This document shows positions 28,021-37,469 of a stretch of 64,000 nt of DNA, piece after piece (position 1 is the first letter of the stretch; each line of letters opens with the position of its first letter). Both the position numbers and the translations under genes were made by a program. The stretch comes from Spirochaetia bacterium. GTDB taxonomy: Bacteria; Spirochaetota; Spirochaetia; UBA9216. The notes below the pieces were generated by a model that worked only from the letters and a program-made list of their open reading frames with translations, was not told where the DNA came from and did no database searches. Where the stretch lies: NCBI GenBank assembly GCA_963675665.1, contig OY776510.1:3904001-3968000 (forward strand), written 5' to 3'.

Positions 28021-29685
28021 ATGATTGTTTACCGATTTCTTACAGTACTGATTATTCTTTGCCTGCTGCCGCTGACAGTTTTCGCCGCCCCTGATTTCTT
28101 TTCCGATACAGATGACGAGTTACTGCTTAAGCAGCTTTTATCCGAAATGTCCGATGAACAGCTTCTTGCCCAGATGATGCTTCTGGGTTATATGGGAGAC
28201 GCTCCGACCGCTGAAATACTGGACTGGATTTCAGAAAAAGAAATCGGCGGCATCAAGATTTTCGGCTGGAACGTCAGCAGCACCGCCAATCTTGCGTCTA
28301 ACATAGCCAGAATGCAGCGCCAGAGCCAGCAGACCGGGATGAAAATTCCATTGTTCATTGCAACCGACCAGGAAGGCGGCTGGGTCAGACACATCCATAC
28401 CGGAACATCCGAAACCTCGGGCAACATGTCTCTTGCGGCCAGCCGGATTCCCGCCGATTCGTTTAAGACCGGTTACTATATAGGCATGGAACTTCATGCG
28501 CTCGGAATAAACATGAATTTTGCCCCGACTGTGGATGTCTATTCCAATCCCGAAGCTCATGTTATCGGACCCCGCGCATTCAGCGATGATCCCCGGCTTG
28601 CGGCGCTTCTGGCCTCGGCATGGTACAAGGGAATGGACAGCGCGGGCATCATCTGCACGGCGAAACATTTTCCGGGGCATGGAGACGCCGACAAGGACTC
28701 TCACGGTGCCCTTCCGATTATCAGCGCTGATATCGAAACCCTCTGGGAAAGGGACCTTCTGCCGTACAGATACCTCGTCAAGGAAAACATTCCCGCTATC
28801 ATGTCGGGCCATCTCGCGTTTCCGAATGTAACCGGCAGCGAAATTCCGGCCAGCCTTTCGCCGATATTTCTTGGCGATGTCCTTCGTGAACGGATTGGTT
28901 TTAAAGGTCTGATAATTACTGACGATCTTATGATGAACGGCGTTCAGCTTCTTCCCATTAATACCGCCGAAATCTGTAAAGCTGCCATTGATGCCGGAAA
29001 CGATATTATCCTTATTTCGAGAACAGCGGAAATACAGCAGAAAGTCTGGATTTACCTGACCGAACAGCTGAGAATCGATTCCGAATTCAGGCAAAGAGTC
29101 AGGGAATCCGCAGAGAGGGTTCTCAGGGCAAAATTAAAATATCTTAAACCTGAAACCGCAGTTCCGCTTTTTCCGGATCCCGAAGCTGTCAGGAAACTTG
29201 TACCTGACCAGGACGGCGAATCGTTCTTCTTTGATCAGGCGCTGCGAAGTACAACCGTTATTCGAAACTCCGGCGACGACGGGCTTACTCCGTCGGGCAG
29301 GATTCTTCTGGCCGGTCAGCTTGAACGTTTTTTCAGCGCTGGTCTGAAAGAATTTCCTGAAGCCGATACATTCAGGTTTGACTACAGCCCTTTTTATTCA
29401 GCATCCGATTCTGTAAAAAACCGGCTTGCGCGAACCGTTGAAAATTACGATACGGTTATTTACTGCCTTGCAAATCCCAACAGCGCTGAAGTCCTTGAAT
29501 CAATAAGCGGCACAGACACCAAAATAATCGTTTTATCTGTCCTGACGCCCGTTTACCTGAGAGAAATGCCCTGGATCGAGAATGCTGTAGCCGTTTACGG
29601 AGTTTCAACCGATTCGTTCACTGCAGGATTTGCAGCCCTCGGCGGAAAAATACAGCCGCAGGGCAGTCTTCCAATAAAATTCTGA
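28021..29685 (+). CDS. GH3 beta-N-acetylhexosaminidase (NagZ-like)
   Basis: DQEGG, KHFPGHGDADKDSH, ITDDL. Confidence 0.9.
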   Translation: MIVYRFLTVLIILCLLPLTVFAAPDFFSDTDDELLLKQLLSEMSDEQLLAQMMLLGYMGDAPTAEILDWISEKEIGGIKIFGWNVSSTANLASNIARMQRQSQQTGMKIPLFIATDQEGGWVRHIHTGTSETSGNMSLAASRIPADSFKTGYYIGMELHALGINMNFAPTVDVYSNPEAHVIGPRAFSDDPRLAALLASAWYKGMDSAGIICTAKHFPGHGDADKDSHGALPIISADIETLWERDLLPYRYLVKENIPAIMSGHLAFPNVTGSEIPASLSPIFLGDVLRERIGFKGLIITDDLMMNGVQLLPINTAEICKAAIDAGNDIILISRTAEIQQKVWIYLTEQLRIDSEFRQRVRESAERVLRAKLKYLKPETAVPLFPDPEAVRKLVPDQDGESFFFDQALRSTTVIRNSGDDGLTPSGRILLAGQLERFFSAGLKEFPEADTFRFDYSPFYSASDSVKNRLARTVENYDTVIYCLANPNSAEVLESISGTDTKIIVLSVLTPVYLREMPWIENAVAVYGVSTDSFTAGFAALGGKIQPQGSLPIKF

Positions 29686-29706
29686 TTAACAGTATGGAGA
29701 AAGCCG

Positions 29707-30627
29707 TTGTTAAATTTCATATTAAAAAACAGAAGTCCCGGGAGATGGCGGAGGGTCAGTTCTTCAGGCATAGATGAGCTTGTTACGTTTCTTTCGGATT
29801 ATGAATATTCCTGCGTGCCTTTTACTTCTCGATTGGGAATTAAGGGAACAGAAGCGGCGTCCCGTCAATTCAACAGCAATATAATTTATTCCGAATACGT
29901 AAACGGCCGGATTGCAAGCGCTTTGCTTTTGGCGCCGGACGGTATAACGTGCCCGGTTTTTTCAGACTCCAGCTCAACGGATGAGCTGCCCGGGATAATC
30001 TCGGGTTTGTCATATTCCAAAAAACAGTACATTACTCTTATGGGATTATCGGAAAACGTTAAAAGAATTGAAAAACTTTTCGGCGGCAGAAACCGTATTT
30101 CGGTAGATTATGATTTGCTCACTGCTGAAGCGTCTGAAGTTGCTTTAACGGTAGATGCATATCTTGAAAAAAAGGACAGAAAATACCTGAAAAACTTCAG
30201 TATCCGCAAGGCTGAAATTACGGATCTTGATTATCTTATGCCGCTTCGAAAAGCTTATGAAATTGAAGAGGTAATTCTCAAACCTGAAAATTTCAACGAA
30301 ACTGCATGCAGGCAGCGTTTCAGCCGGACCATTAAAAAACAGACGGTTTTTTACGCTGAAACAGACAATTCGGCTGCGGCAACCTGCTGTATAAATGCCG
30401 AAGGAGTCAACTGGTCGCAAATTGGCGGTGTATTTACAAAACCCGAATACCGTGGAAAAGGTCTTTCTGCCGTTCTCATGTCCGGCATTGCCGAATCATG
30501 CGCTGAAAGAAAAAAAGACGTAACACTATTCGTAAAAAAGAATAACCTGCCGGCATTAAAACTTTATTCCAACTGCGGGTTTGTGAAAAAAGGCGAATTC
30601 AGGATAAGCTACCTGGAAAGCAGGTAA
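29707..30627 (+). CDS. GNAT family acetyltransferase
   Basis: IGGVFTKPEYRGKG, NLPALKLYSNCGF. Confidence 0.85.
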   Translation: MLNFILKNRSPGRWRRVSSSGIDELVTFLSDYEYSCVPFTSRLGIKGTEAASRQFNSNIIYSEYVNGRIASALLLAPDGITCPVFSDSSSTDELPGIISGLSYSKKQYITLMGLSENVKRIEKLFGGRNRISVDYDLLTAEASEVALTVDAYLEKKDRKYLKNFSIRKAEITDLDYLMPLRKAYEIEEVILKPENFNETACRQRFSRTIKKQTVFYAETDNSAAATCCINAEGVNWSQIGGVFTKPEYRGKGLSAVLMSGIAESCAERKKDVTLFVKKNNLPALKLYSNCGFVKKGEFRISYLESR

Positions 30628-30989
30628 TCTACTATTATCCTGTCTGATTTCGGAAATTCTAATGAGCCAAGCATTGAAATATCTACCCATTTTATTTCCT
30701 GGTGTTCGGTTAATGTGTAATCTTCATTATCAAGCAGGATACTGTAAGCGAAAAGTCTGTATTTCTTTAAACCGTTACTGAAGGTACCTTCGCACAGCTT
30801 GTCTTTCACCGAAACAGACAACCCCAGCTCTTCCTCGTATTCACGTTTCAGAGCTTCCTCAGGGCTTTCGCCGGCTTCAAGCTTGCCTCCGGGAAATTCC
30901 CATTTTACGCCTATGCTTGTTCCCGGCTTTCTCAGCCCTATAAGTACTTTTCCAGCCTTTTCAGCAACGCCGGCTACAGAAATATTCAT
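30609..30989 (-). CDS. NUDIX hydrolase (MutT-like)
   Basis: WEFPGGKLEAGESPEEALKREYEEELG Nudix box. Confidence 0.92.
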   Translation of the reverse strand: MNISVAGVAEKAGKVLIGLRKPGTSIGVKWEFPGGKLEAGESPEEALKREYEEELGLSVSVKDKLCEGTFSNGLKKYRLFAYSILLDNEDYTLTEHQEIKWVDISMLGSLEFPKSDRIIVDYLLSR

Positions 30990-30998
30990 ACAAGTCTG

Positions 30999-31400
30999 TC
31001 AGAGAAGAAGAACCCTCGGAAAAATAAAATGAAGAACACCGAAGATAACCGCGGCGACGCCTATAAACGAGCTGTTCCGTGCAAAGAAATCATTCAATTT
31101 CTCGCTGGCGCCTGCTTCCGAACGATCTTTGTAATAATCAAGAGTCAGTGCAATACCGACAGCGATATTTGCCAGAGCAGGAATAAGATCTCCTGCAACG
31201 GGAACATCCATCGAAGATAGAAGTTTCAAAATACCGACGATAAAGGACAGTATGCCGACGACGATTTTTAAAGTTGTTCGGCCTTCGAAAAATTCGGTAA
31301 AAATTCTGAAACCGCTAATTCGTTCTACCATGGTTTCAGAAGCAAGTCCGAAACCGCCGAGAAGATTCAATAAAATCGACAGAAAATAAATTTGTACCAT
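30999..31400 (-). CDS. Conserved spirochaete membrane protein
   Basis: About four TM segments, ending HFIFPRVLLL. Confidence 0.7.
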   Translation of the reverse strand: MVQIYFLSILLNLLGGFGLASETMVERISGFRIFTEFFEGRTTLKIVVGILSFIVGILKLLSSMDVPVAGDLIPALANIAVGIALTLDYYKDRSEAGASEKLNDFFARNSSFIGVAAVIFGVLHFIFPRVLLL

Positions 31401-31518
31401 AAAATGCCTCTACCTCCTTTGAATTCTCTACATTTAAAGATTATATCAAACCTTCTTTATGGTCAACTCAAATATCTCTTTTTATAAATATGATGCCTGA
31501 TTGTTATTTTTTCTGTTC

Positions 31519-31574
31519 TTGACAATTTAAAGTTTATCATTTAGGATTACAAGGTAAATACACACGTGTGTATT
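31519..31574 (+). promoter_or_regulatory. Sigma70 promoter plus LacI-type operator
   Basis: TTGACA-17-TAGGAT (31519-31547) followed by the perfect 18-bp palindrome AATACACACGTGTGTATT (31557-31574). Confidence 0.75.
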
Positions 31575-31597
31575 GCTCTATGAACTGGAGACGGACA

Positions 31598-32707
31598 ATG
31601 GGAAAAAGAATGACAATAAAAGATCTCGCCGAAATTGCAGGAGTTGATCATTCCACCGTTTCCAGGGCGCTGAACAACAGCCCGAGGGTGCAGGAAGCAA
31701 CCAGGCTTAAAATCATGGAACTGGCCCGGAAGCATAATTTCCAGTTTAACGCAAGTGCGCGCTCGCTCAGCAGCAGAAGAACAGGCGTAATCGGAATTAT
31801 ATACCCGGCCGGCATGGAAGATTTTTACAGCTCGCTTTATACCAACAGGCTTTTCATGGACCTGCGGAAAGAGCTCGAAAACTATCAGCTGGACGGAATT
31901 CTCCTGTCTGCGCTTCATCCTGTAAACGGCGAAAGCAATATCGAGCGGTTGATAAGACAGAATAAAGTCGACGGGTTTCTTATTTTTCACGGCAGCATAT
32001 CTTCTGAAAATTACATACTCATCAACAAATGGGAACTTCCGGTAGTGCAGATTCATCTTGCTCCCGATGACTACCCGGAGGAAAAACTCGATTTCTTCTC
32101 CACAGATAACAGGTGCGGAGGAAAACTTGCAGCTGAACATCTTATAAATATCGGCTGCCGACGGTTTTTCGACATTTCCATTCCCTTCTGCAAAGATACC
32201 CGGACAACAAAGTCTATTAATAATATCAGCAGCGAGACATGGCAGAGAACAGCCGGTTTTACCGGAGAGCTTAATGCCTCGGGAATAAAAGATAGTCTGA
32301 TAATAAGATATGCACTTTCAGGGACTTTTCAGACTGCACGGGATTTTATTCTGGAAAACAGGGAAAACTTCAAACCCGGGGACGGACTCTTTTTTCACTC
32401 GGATCTGCTTGCATTCGGTGCGCTGACGGCCTGCCGGGAAGCCGGGATAAGGGTTCCTGAAGACATCAGAATTATCGGATTTGATGATTCGCCTATCGCT
32501 GTATTGATGGATGTCGGAATTACAACAATCCATCAACCCCGGGAAATAATCGCGGCTCATGCAGCCGAACGAATATTTAATCTTCTTGAAGAAAAATATA
32601 ACGGAAAGCAGAAAGAAGCCGGCAAAAAAGGGCCTTCCGCCGGGCCTGAAAACGCCAAGGTTCAGGAGCTTGTGCCCCCGCTGCTTGTCAAAAGAGAAAC
32701 AACCTGA
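31598..32707 (+). CDS. LacI-family transcriptional regulator
   Basis: TIKDLAEIAGVDHSTVSRALN; IIGFDD, ITTIHQP. Confidence 0.93.
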   Translation: MGKRMTIKDLAEIAGVDHSTVSRALNNSPRVQEATRLKIMELARKHNFQFNASARSLSSRRTGVIGIIYPAGMEDFYSSLYTNRLFMDLRKELENYQLDGILLSALHPVNGESNIERLIRQNKVDGFLIFHGSISSENYILINKWELPVVQIHLAPDDYPEEKLDFFSTDNRCGGKLAAEHLINIGCRRFFDISIPFCKDTRTTKSINNISSETWQRTAGFTGELNASGIKDSLIIRYALSGTFQTARDFILENRENFKPGDGLFFHSDLLAFGALTACREAGIRVPEDIRIIGFDDSPIAVLMDVGITTIHQPREIIAAHAAERIFNLLEEKYNGKQKEAGKKGPSAGPENAKVQELVPPLLVKRETT

Positions 32708-32716
32708 GGAGGAACT

Positions 32717-34078
32717 ATGAAAATTACATTAATCGGAGCCGGAAGCTCACAGTTCGGTATGGGCATGATGGGCGATATTTTTCTCTGCAAAGAGCTGAAT
32801 GGGGCCGAGATTTGCCTTATGGATATCAACCCGGCCGCGCTTGCCAAAACAGCAGCCAAAGGCCTTGACCATGTAAAGGAGAAAAACCTGCCCTATACGG
32901 TAACCTCAACCACCGACAGGCAGGCTGCCGTTAAAGATTCAGATTTTATTATAATTTCCATCGAGGTCGGCAACCGTTTTGAACTCTGGGACATGGACTG
33001 GACTGTTCCGCATCAGTTCGGGATAGACCAGCTGTACGGTGAAAACGGCGGTCCGGGGGGCCTGTTTCACGCGCTCAGAATTATCCCGCCTATTCTCGAT
33101 ATTTGTGAAGATATTATGTCTCTTGCTCCTGATGCTTACGTGTTCTGCTACTCAAACCCCATGACCTCCATTACAACCGCGGTAAAGCGTAAATATCCGG
33201 GGCTGCGTTTTATCGGTATGTGCCACGAGATAGCATCGCTTACCCGTTATCTTCCGGCAATAATGGAAACACCGATTGAAAACATCAGCTTCAGGGCGGC
33301 GGGGCTTAATCATTTCAGCGTTATGCTTGATGTTACTTATAATGATTCCGGCGAAAGCGCTTATGACGATGTTATGAAAAACGCGCCGGCCTTTTTTGAG
33401 ACGGAGCCCGGATTCAGCGAGTTTCTGAAATATTATGAGCAGACCGGAAAAATACTGAATACCGAAGGTTCTATCGAACGCTTCATCATTGATTCCGGAA
33501 TAGCAGTGCGGCCGTGGTGCGAAAGGTACCTGTTCAGGTTTATTATGGATAATTTTCATCTTTTTCCGATAACCGTTGACAGCCACCTGGGCGAATATAT
33601 TCAGTGGGCGCACAGGGTTGCAGATCACAAGGGTATCCTTGATTTCTATAACTATTACCGGATTATGATGGCTGCTGCCGGAGACGCCGTTTTTAACGAT
33701 AAGATCCACGAAAGAGTCGTATATATCATGGCCGGTATTGTTTCTGATACGGAATATGAAGAACCTGCCGTAAATATTCTGAACGACGGGTACATCCCGA
33801 CCCTTCCCGCCGACATCACAGTTGAGGTTCCGGCCGTTGTTGACGGAAAAGGGATAAAAGGAATCAGTTTTCCTGATTATCCCAGGGGATTCGCGGCGCT
33901 GCTTAGAAACTATTGCGGTGTTTATGATCTGACAGCCGAGGCTGTGCTGGAAAAAAGCCGCGACCTTGCAGTACAGGCATTACTAGTTAATCCGGTTGTT
34001 CATGACTGCACAAGGGTCGGAGAACTGGTTGATCATATGATTGATCGGCAGAAAAAATGGCTTTCGTACCTGAAATAA
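32717..34078 (+). CDS. GH4 alpha-galactosidase/alpha-glucosidase (MelA-like)
   Basis: KITLIGAGS, GENGGPGG, SNP, GMCH, AGLNH. Confidence 0.9.
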   Translation: MKITLIGAGSSQFGMGMMGDIFLCKELNGAEICLMDINPAALAKTAAKGLDHVKEKNLPYTVTSTTDRQAAVKDSDFIIISIEVGNRFELWDMDWTVPHQFGIDQLYGENGGPGGLFHALRIIPPILDICEDIMSLAPDAYVFCYSNPMTSITTAVKRKYPGLRFIGMCHEIASLTRYLPAIMETPIENISFRAAGLNHFSVMLDVTYNDSGESAYDDVMKNAPAFFETEPGFSEFLKYYEQTGKILNTEGSIERFIIDSGIAVRPWCERYLFRFIMDNFHLFPITVDSHLGEYIQWAHRVADHKGILDFYNYYRIMMAAAGDAVFNDKIHERVVYIMAGIVSDTEYEEPAVNILNDGYIPTLPADITVEVPAVVDGKGIKGISFPDYPRGFAALLRNYCGVYDLTAEAVLEKSRDLAVQALLVNPVVHDCTRVGELVDHMIDRQKKWLSYLK

Positions 34079-34615
34079 CTATTCCTGCTTGATTTTAGCG
34101 GAAAGTTTTCGTGTTTTTTCATTTATCTCAACCTGAACAGAAACCCGGTCGCCGGTATTATCGTCGGCCGGGATTTCCGCCCTCAGTATTCTTGGAGAAT
34201 CAATCTCCGACGGCAGGAGGTCTATTACTTCAACAGTCTCTTCAATTCCGTCTACTGAAAATTCAGCCGTAACAAGCCGCGATTCCTGCCTGTTGTCCTT
34301 TGACGCTTCAACCCTGAGACTGACCAGTATGCTGCCGTCGTATTCATACGCTTTCAGATTTGATCTGAACCCGTCGATTTTTACATTGCTTTTTCCGACC
34401 AGCACAATGGGAGCAAAGATCATTGTAAACAGCAGAATTACAGCGATATCCGCAAGTATAATCATATTGCGTTTGTTCATCGTGAAGATCTTTGTTTTGG
34501 TCAATACCCGCTTTGTTTCTTCCGAGAGCATAGCCTCCCGATCTTCCCTGTTGTAATGAAAATTTAAATCGCCCGGTTCATACGACTCAGGCTGTCTTCC
34601 GCCTTTTGAAGCCAT
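34079..34615 (-). CDS. Hypothetical single-TM protein
   Basis: In an operon with nnr; one TM segment. Confidence 0.65.
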   Translation of the reverse strand: MASKGGRQPESYEPGDLNFHYNREDREAMLSEETKRVLTKTKIFTMNKRNMIILADIAVILLFTMIFAPIVLVGKSNVKIDGFRSNLKAYEYDGSILVSLRVEASKDNRQESRLVTAEFSVDGIEETVEVIDLLPSEIDSPRILRAEIPADDNTGDRVSVQVEINEKTRKLSAKIKQE

Positions 34616-34635
34616 TTTAATGCTCCTGCCTTTTT

Positions 34636-36132
34636 TTAGAGATACTCAATGATATCCTCGGCTGCGAACCATTCCCGTTTGCGGCCGCATCGTTTTCCGG
34701 CACGCAGATGGACAGCAGCAGCCAGCACCGCCGCTTCCCATGCGGCAAGCCCCGACGCCATGTAGCCGCCGATCAGACCGCAAAGCAGATCTCCGCTGCC
34801 CGCTGTTCCCAGTTTCGGAAAACACCCGTCCAGCACAGCACACCGGCCGCCGCCGGGTTCCGCAATAAATGTAACCGCGCCTTTTAACAGAATAACACAG
34901 TTAAGCTTATCCGATGCAGAAACTACAGCCGAATACGGATCAGAAAACGGATCTGTACCGGGAAACAGGCGCCTGAACTCACCGGCATGCGGGGTTAACA
35001 CCCATCCGCCGCCCAGATCCGGCAGCCGGCCGTCTTCGTTTACAATATCGGCCAGAACATTTATTCCGTCGGCATCAAGAACACCGCGGCTTTTTTCCAG
35101 AAAATACCTGAGCGGTTCCTTCCTGTCTTGTGTCCCCCAGCCCGGCCCTACCGCAAGCGCGGTAAACTTTTCCAAACCGGGAAAACCTTCCGCTTCAGGG
35201 CCGGGATTAACAGGTTTAACCATTACAGATTTGTGTTTTGCAGCAAGAATGTCATATATATCGGAATCGGCAAAAAGACTTACCAGCCCGGCGGATGTAT
35301 GTATTGCCGCATCCGCACAGAGTGACGCTGCGCCTGCAGTTCCCCGGGTCCCGGCAAAAACCGCAAGATGGCCCCGTGAGTTTTTATAATCGGCGGGGTT
35401 TAAATCAGGCATAAGCCGTGATATGTCGTCGTCGGAGATCAGCTGCCAGCAGCGCCCGTCGTCTTCGCCGTTCCGTGCTTCAGTCAGTTTTTCAGGAAAA
35501 CCAATTGCAACCGTATGGATCTCACCGCACAGCGGGCGGGCGTCGGGCAGGTAAAGGCAGCGCTTGGGAAGCTCCACCGTAAGCGTATAGTCAGCCCTTA
35601 CTGCCGGGTAATCTTTCCGGTATGAATCGCCGATGCCGCTTGGAACATCAACAGCAATTTTAACCGCAGATGAATTGTTTATAAGCTCTGCAAGCCCGGA
35701 GCCGGGTGCCCTTAATGCACCCCTGATGCCGGTGCCGGACAGCCCGTCGAAAATCATTCCGGCGGCATCCAGAGTGAGCCTCGTTTCATCGGCAGTGATA
35801 TCATCATACCTGATTATTTTGATGCCGAGGTTCCGGCAAAGATTCAAATGAAAATTAAAAGCTTCCGTTCCGCTGTCAGCTGCGGTTATTACCGTTACAT
35901 CGGCCGAAATACGCGAAAATATCTGCCTGGCAATTACCAGCGCGTCGCCGCCGTTGTTACCTCCTCCGGCGACACAGGCAAAAGGCGTTTTTGCCGTGAG
36001 ATCATAAAGCTCTCCGGCTTTTTCAAGAATCCGTATACCGGCGTTCTCCATAAGAACAAGATTTCCGAATCCGGTCTCTTCAATCGATACCCGATCAATT
36101 TCTTTCATTCTGGATGAACTTACTATATTCAC
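34636..36132 (-). CDS. nnr: Bifunctional NAD(P)H-hydrate epimerase/dehydratase
   Basis: GGGNNGGD, DVPSG, VGPGWG, LDADG, LTPHAGEF, TAGSGDLL. Confidence 0.92.
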   Translation of the reverse strand: MNIVSSSRMKEIDRVSIEETGFGNLVLMENAGIRILEKAGELYDLTAKTPFACVAGGGNNGGDALVIARQIFSRISADVTVITAADSGTEAFNFHLNLCRNLGIKIIRYDDITADETRLTLDAAGMIFDGLSGTGIRGALRAPGSGLAELINNSSAVKIAVDVPSGIGDSYRKDYPAVRADYTLTVELPKRCLYLPDARPLCGEIHTVAIGFPEKLTEARNGEDDGRCWQLISDDDISRLMPDLNPADYKNSRGHLAVFAGTRGTAGAASLCADAAIHTSAGLVSLFADSDIYDILAAKHKSVMVKPVNPGPEAEGFPGLEKFTALAVGPGWGTQDRKEPLRYFLEKSRGVLDADGINVLADIVNEDGRLPDLGGGWVLTPHAGEFRRLFPGTDPFSDPYSAVVSASDKLNCVILLKGAVTFIAEPGGGRCAVLDGCFPKLGTAGSGDLLCGLIGGYMASGLAAWEAAVLAAAVHLRAGKRCGRKREWFAAEDIIEYL

Positions 36133-37330
36133 TCTGCGGCTCCTCTATAAATCTGTCGCTCCGCCACCAGACAATCTCGGCCTCGAATTCACCGCATACA
36201 ATTGCCGAGAAAATTCCATCCGGATTAACATAATAATTTCTGAAAAAAATCTCCTTGTCGGAAAACTCTATAAGGCCGCGGTCTTTAACCGCTCCGTCTT
36301 CGCCTACCACGGTCAGGCGGTAAACAGTATCATCATAGGGACTGATCAGAAAAAAAGACGGCCCCCTGGCCACGCCTGCAAATTCATAAAGATATTCATG
36401 TTCCTTCTGTTCGAAAATTACAGGCTGTTCAGATTTTACTATATTCTTCGGAAGATCAATATTCAGATCATATTTCTGAAGCTCGAGGTTGTATCCCAGC
36501 ATAACGGATTTATTATACTTGATCTTTCGCGCTTCGTTCTCGGTATAATAATCTATCTTCAGATACAGCTCCCGTTTTTCAATATCGGGAACTATATTTT
36601 CGATTGAAAGCGTTACGGAATCTTTATCCATGGGAACAAGTTCATTTTTAAATTCAATTTTATACAGGGGGTCTCCCTTGTGAGTAAACCAGAAAGCCTC
36701 CCAGCCGGAGGGGTTCCTTGTAATAACGATTATTTCATTACCTGCATTTGCATATAATCCATGGATATATGGAAAAGGTGTTCCTCCGGGGCCTTCCTGT
36801 CCAAGATACGAGGTAAATTCACCGTTTTCTGAAAAACTGAGAACAATACGATCCAGCCGTACATCGCGCTCTTCATCATATTCCCACCGCTGTTCATTAA
36901 TCTGATCGTCGACAAGCAGGGCCCCGTTGCCGGTTTTTACAATCTCGCCCGGATCTCTCAGCGGATATTCAAACGCAGCTCTGGTAATATCACCCTGAAG
37001 ATTATCTACAGCCTTGAGAATAACCGGTTTCGGGTTTTTATCTCCGTTGTAGAAAAGATTAATCAGATCTCCAAAAGAGGAGAATTCCATAACCTTTGAA
37101 GCCTCGCCGTTTGATATGAAAAAGAATCCGTCTTTCATCATTATCCTTGTCTTTGCAAGGGTGTTGACTCCGTCGAACTGCTGAACAAACAGCTGGTCTT
37201 CCATCTTTCCTATAGGCATGGTAAAGAGCAGCTCGCGATCAAGCATCGACTCTTCCTGCTCACATGAAGAAAATAAAGCAGCAGCAAGAACAACCGCGGT
37301 TATGATGAAAAATCTCGGTGTAAATCTCAT
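36095..37330 (-). CDS. Conserved spirochaete lipoprotein
   Basis: LFSSC lipobox, LGQEGPGGTPFP motif. Confidence 0.7.
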   Translation of the reverse strand: MRFTPRFFIITAVVLAAALFSSCEQEESMLDRELLFTMPIGKMEDQLFVQQFDGVNTLAKTRIMMKDGFFFISNGEASKVMEFSSFGDLINLFYNGDKNPKPVILKAVDNLQGDITRAAFEYPLRDPGEIVKTGNGALLVDDQINEQRWEYDEERDVRLDRIVLSFSENGEFTSYLGQEGPGGTPFPYIHGLYANAGNEIIVITRNPSGWEAFWFTHKGDPLYKIEFKNELVPMDKDSVTLSIENIVPDIEKRELYLKIDYYTENEARKIKYNKSVMLGYNLELQKYDLNIDLPKNIVKSEQPVIFEQKEHEYLYEFAGVARGPSFFLISPYDDTVYRLTVVGEDGAVKDRGLIEFSDKEIFFRNYYVNPDGIFSAIVCGEFEAEIVWWRSDRFIEEPQSEYSKFIQNERN

Positions 37331-37469
37331 AATCTGATAGTACTATCAGTAAAGGACTTAGTCAAACCACCATTTGCCGGATTTTCCAAATCCAAAGTTA
37401 CTACCCTTTAGCGGCAAAATATATTATATTAATCTGGATATTCGTTCCATTTTTTTACAGGAGAAGAGG

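Noticed and set aside
28231-29094. Long antisense ORFs (also 1385-2017, 7320-7916, 48507-49223, 51323-52003)
   Set aside because: Shadows of well-supported genes on the opposite strand, with no recognisable motifs.
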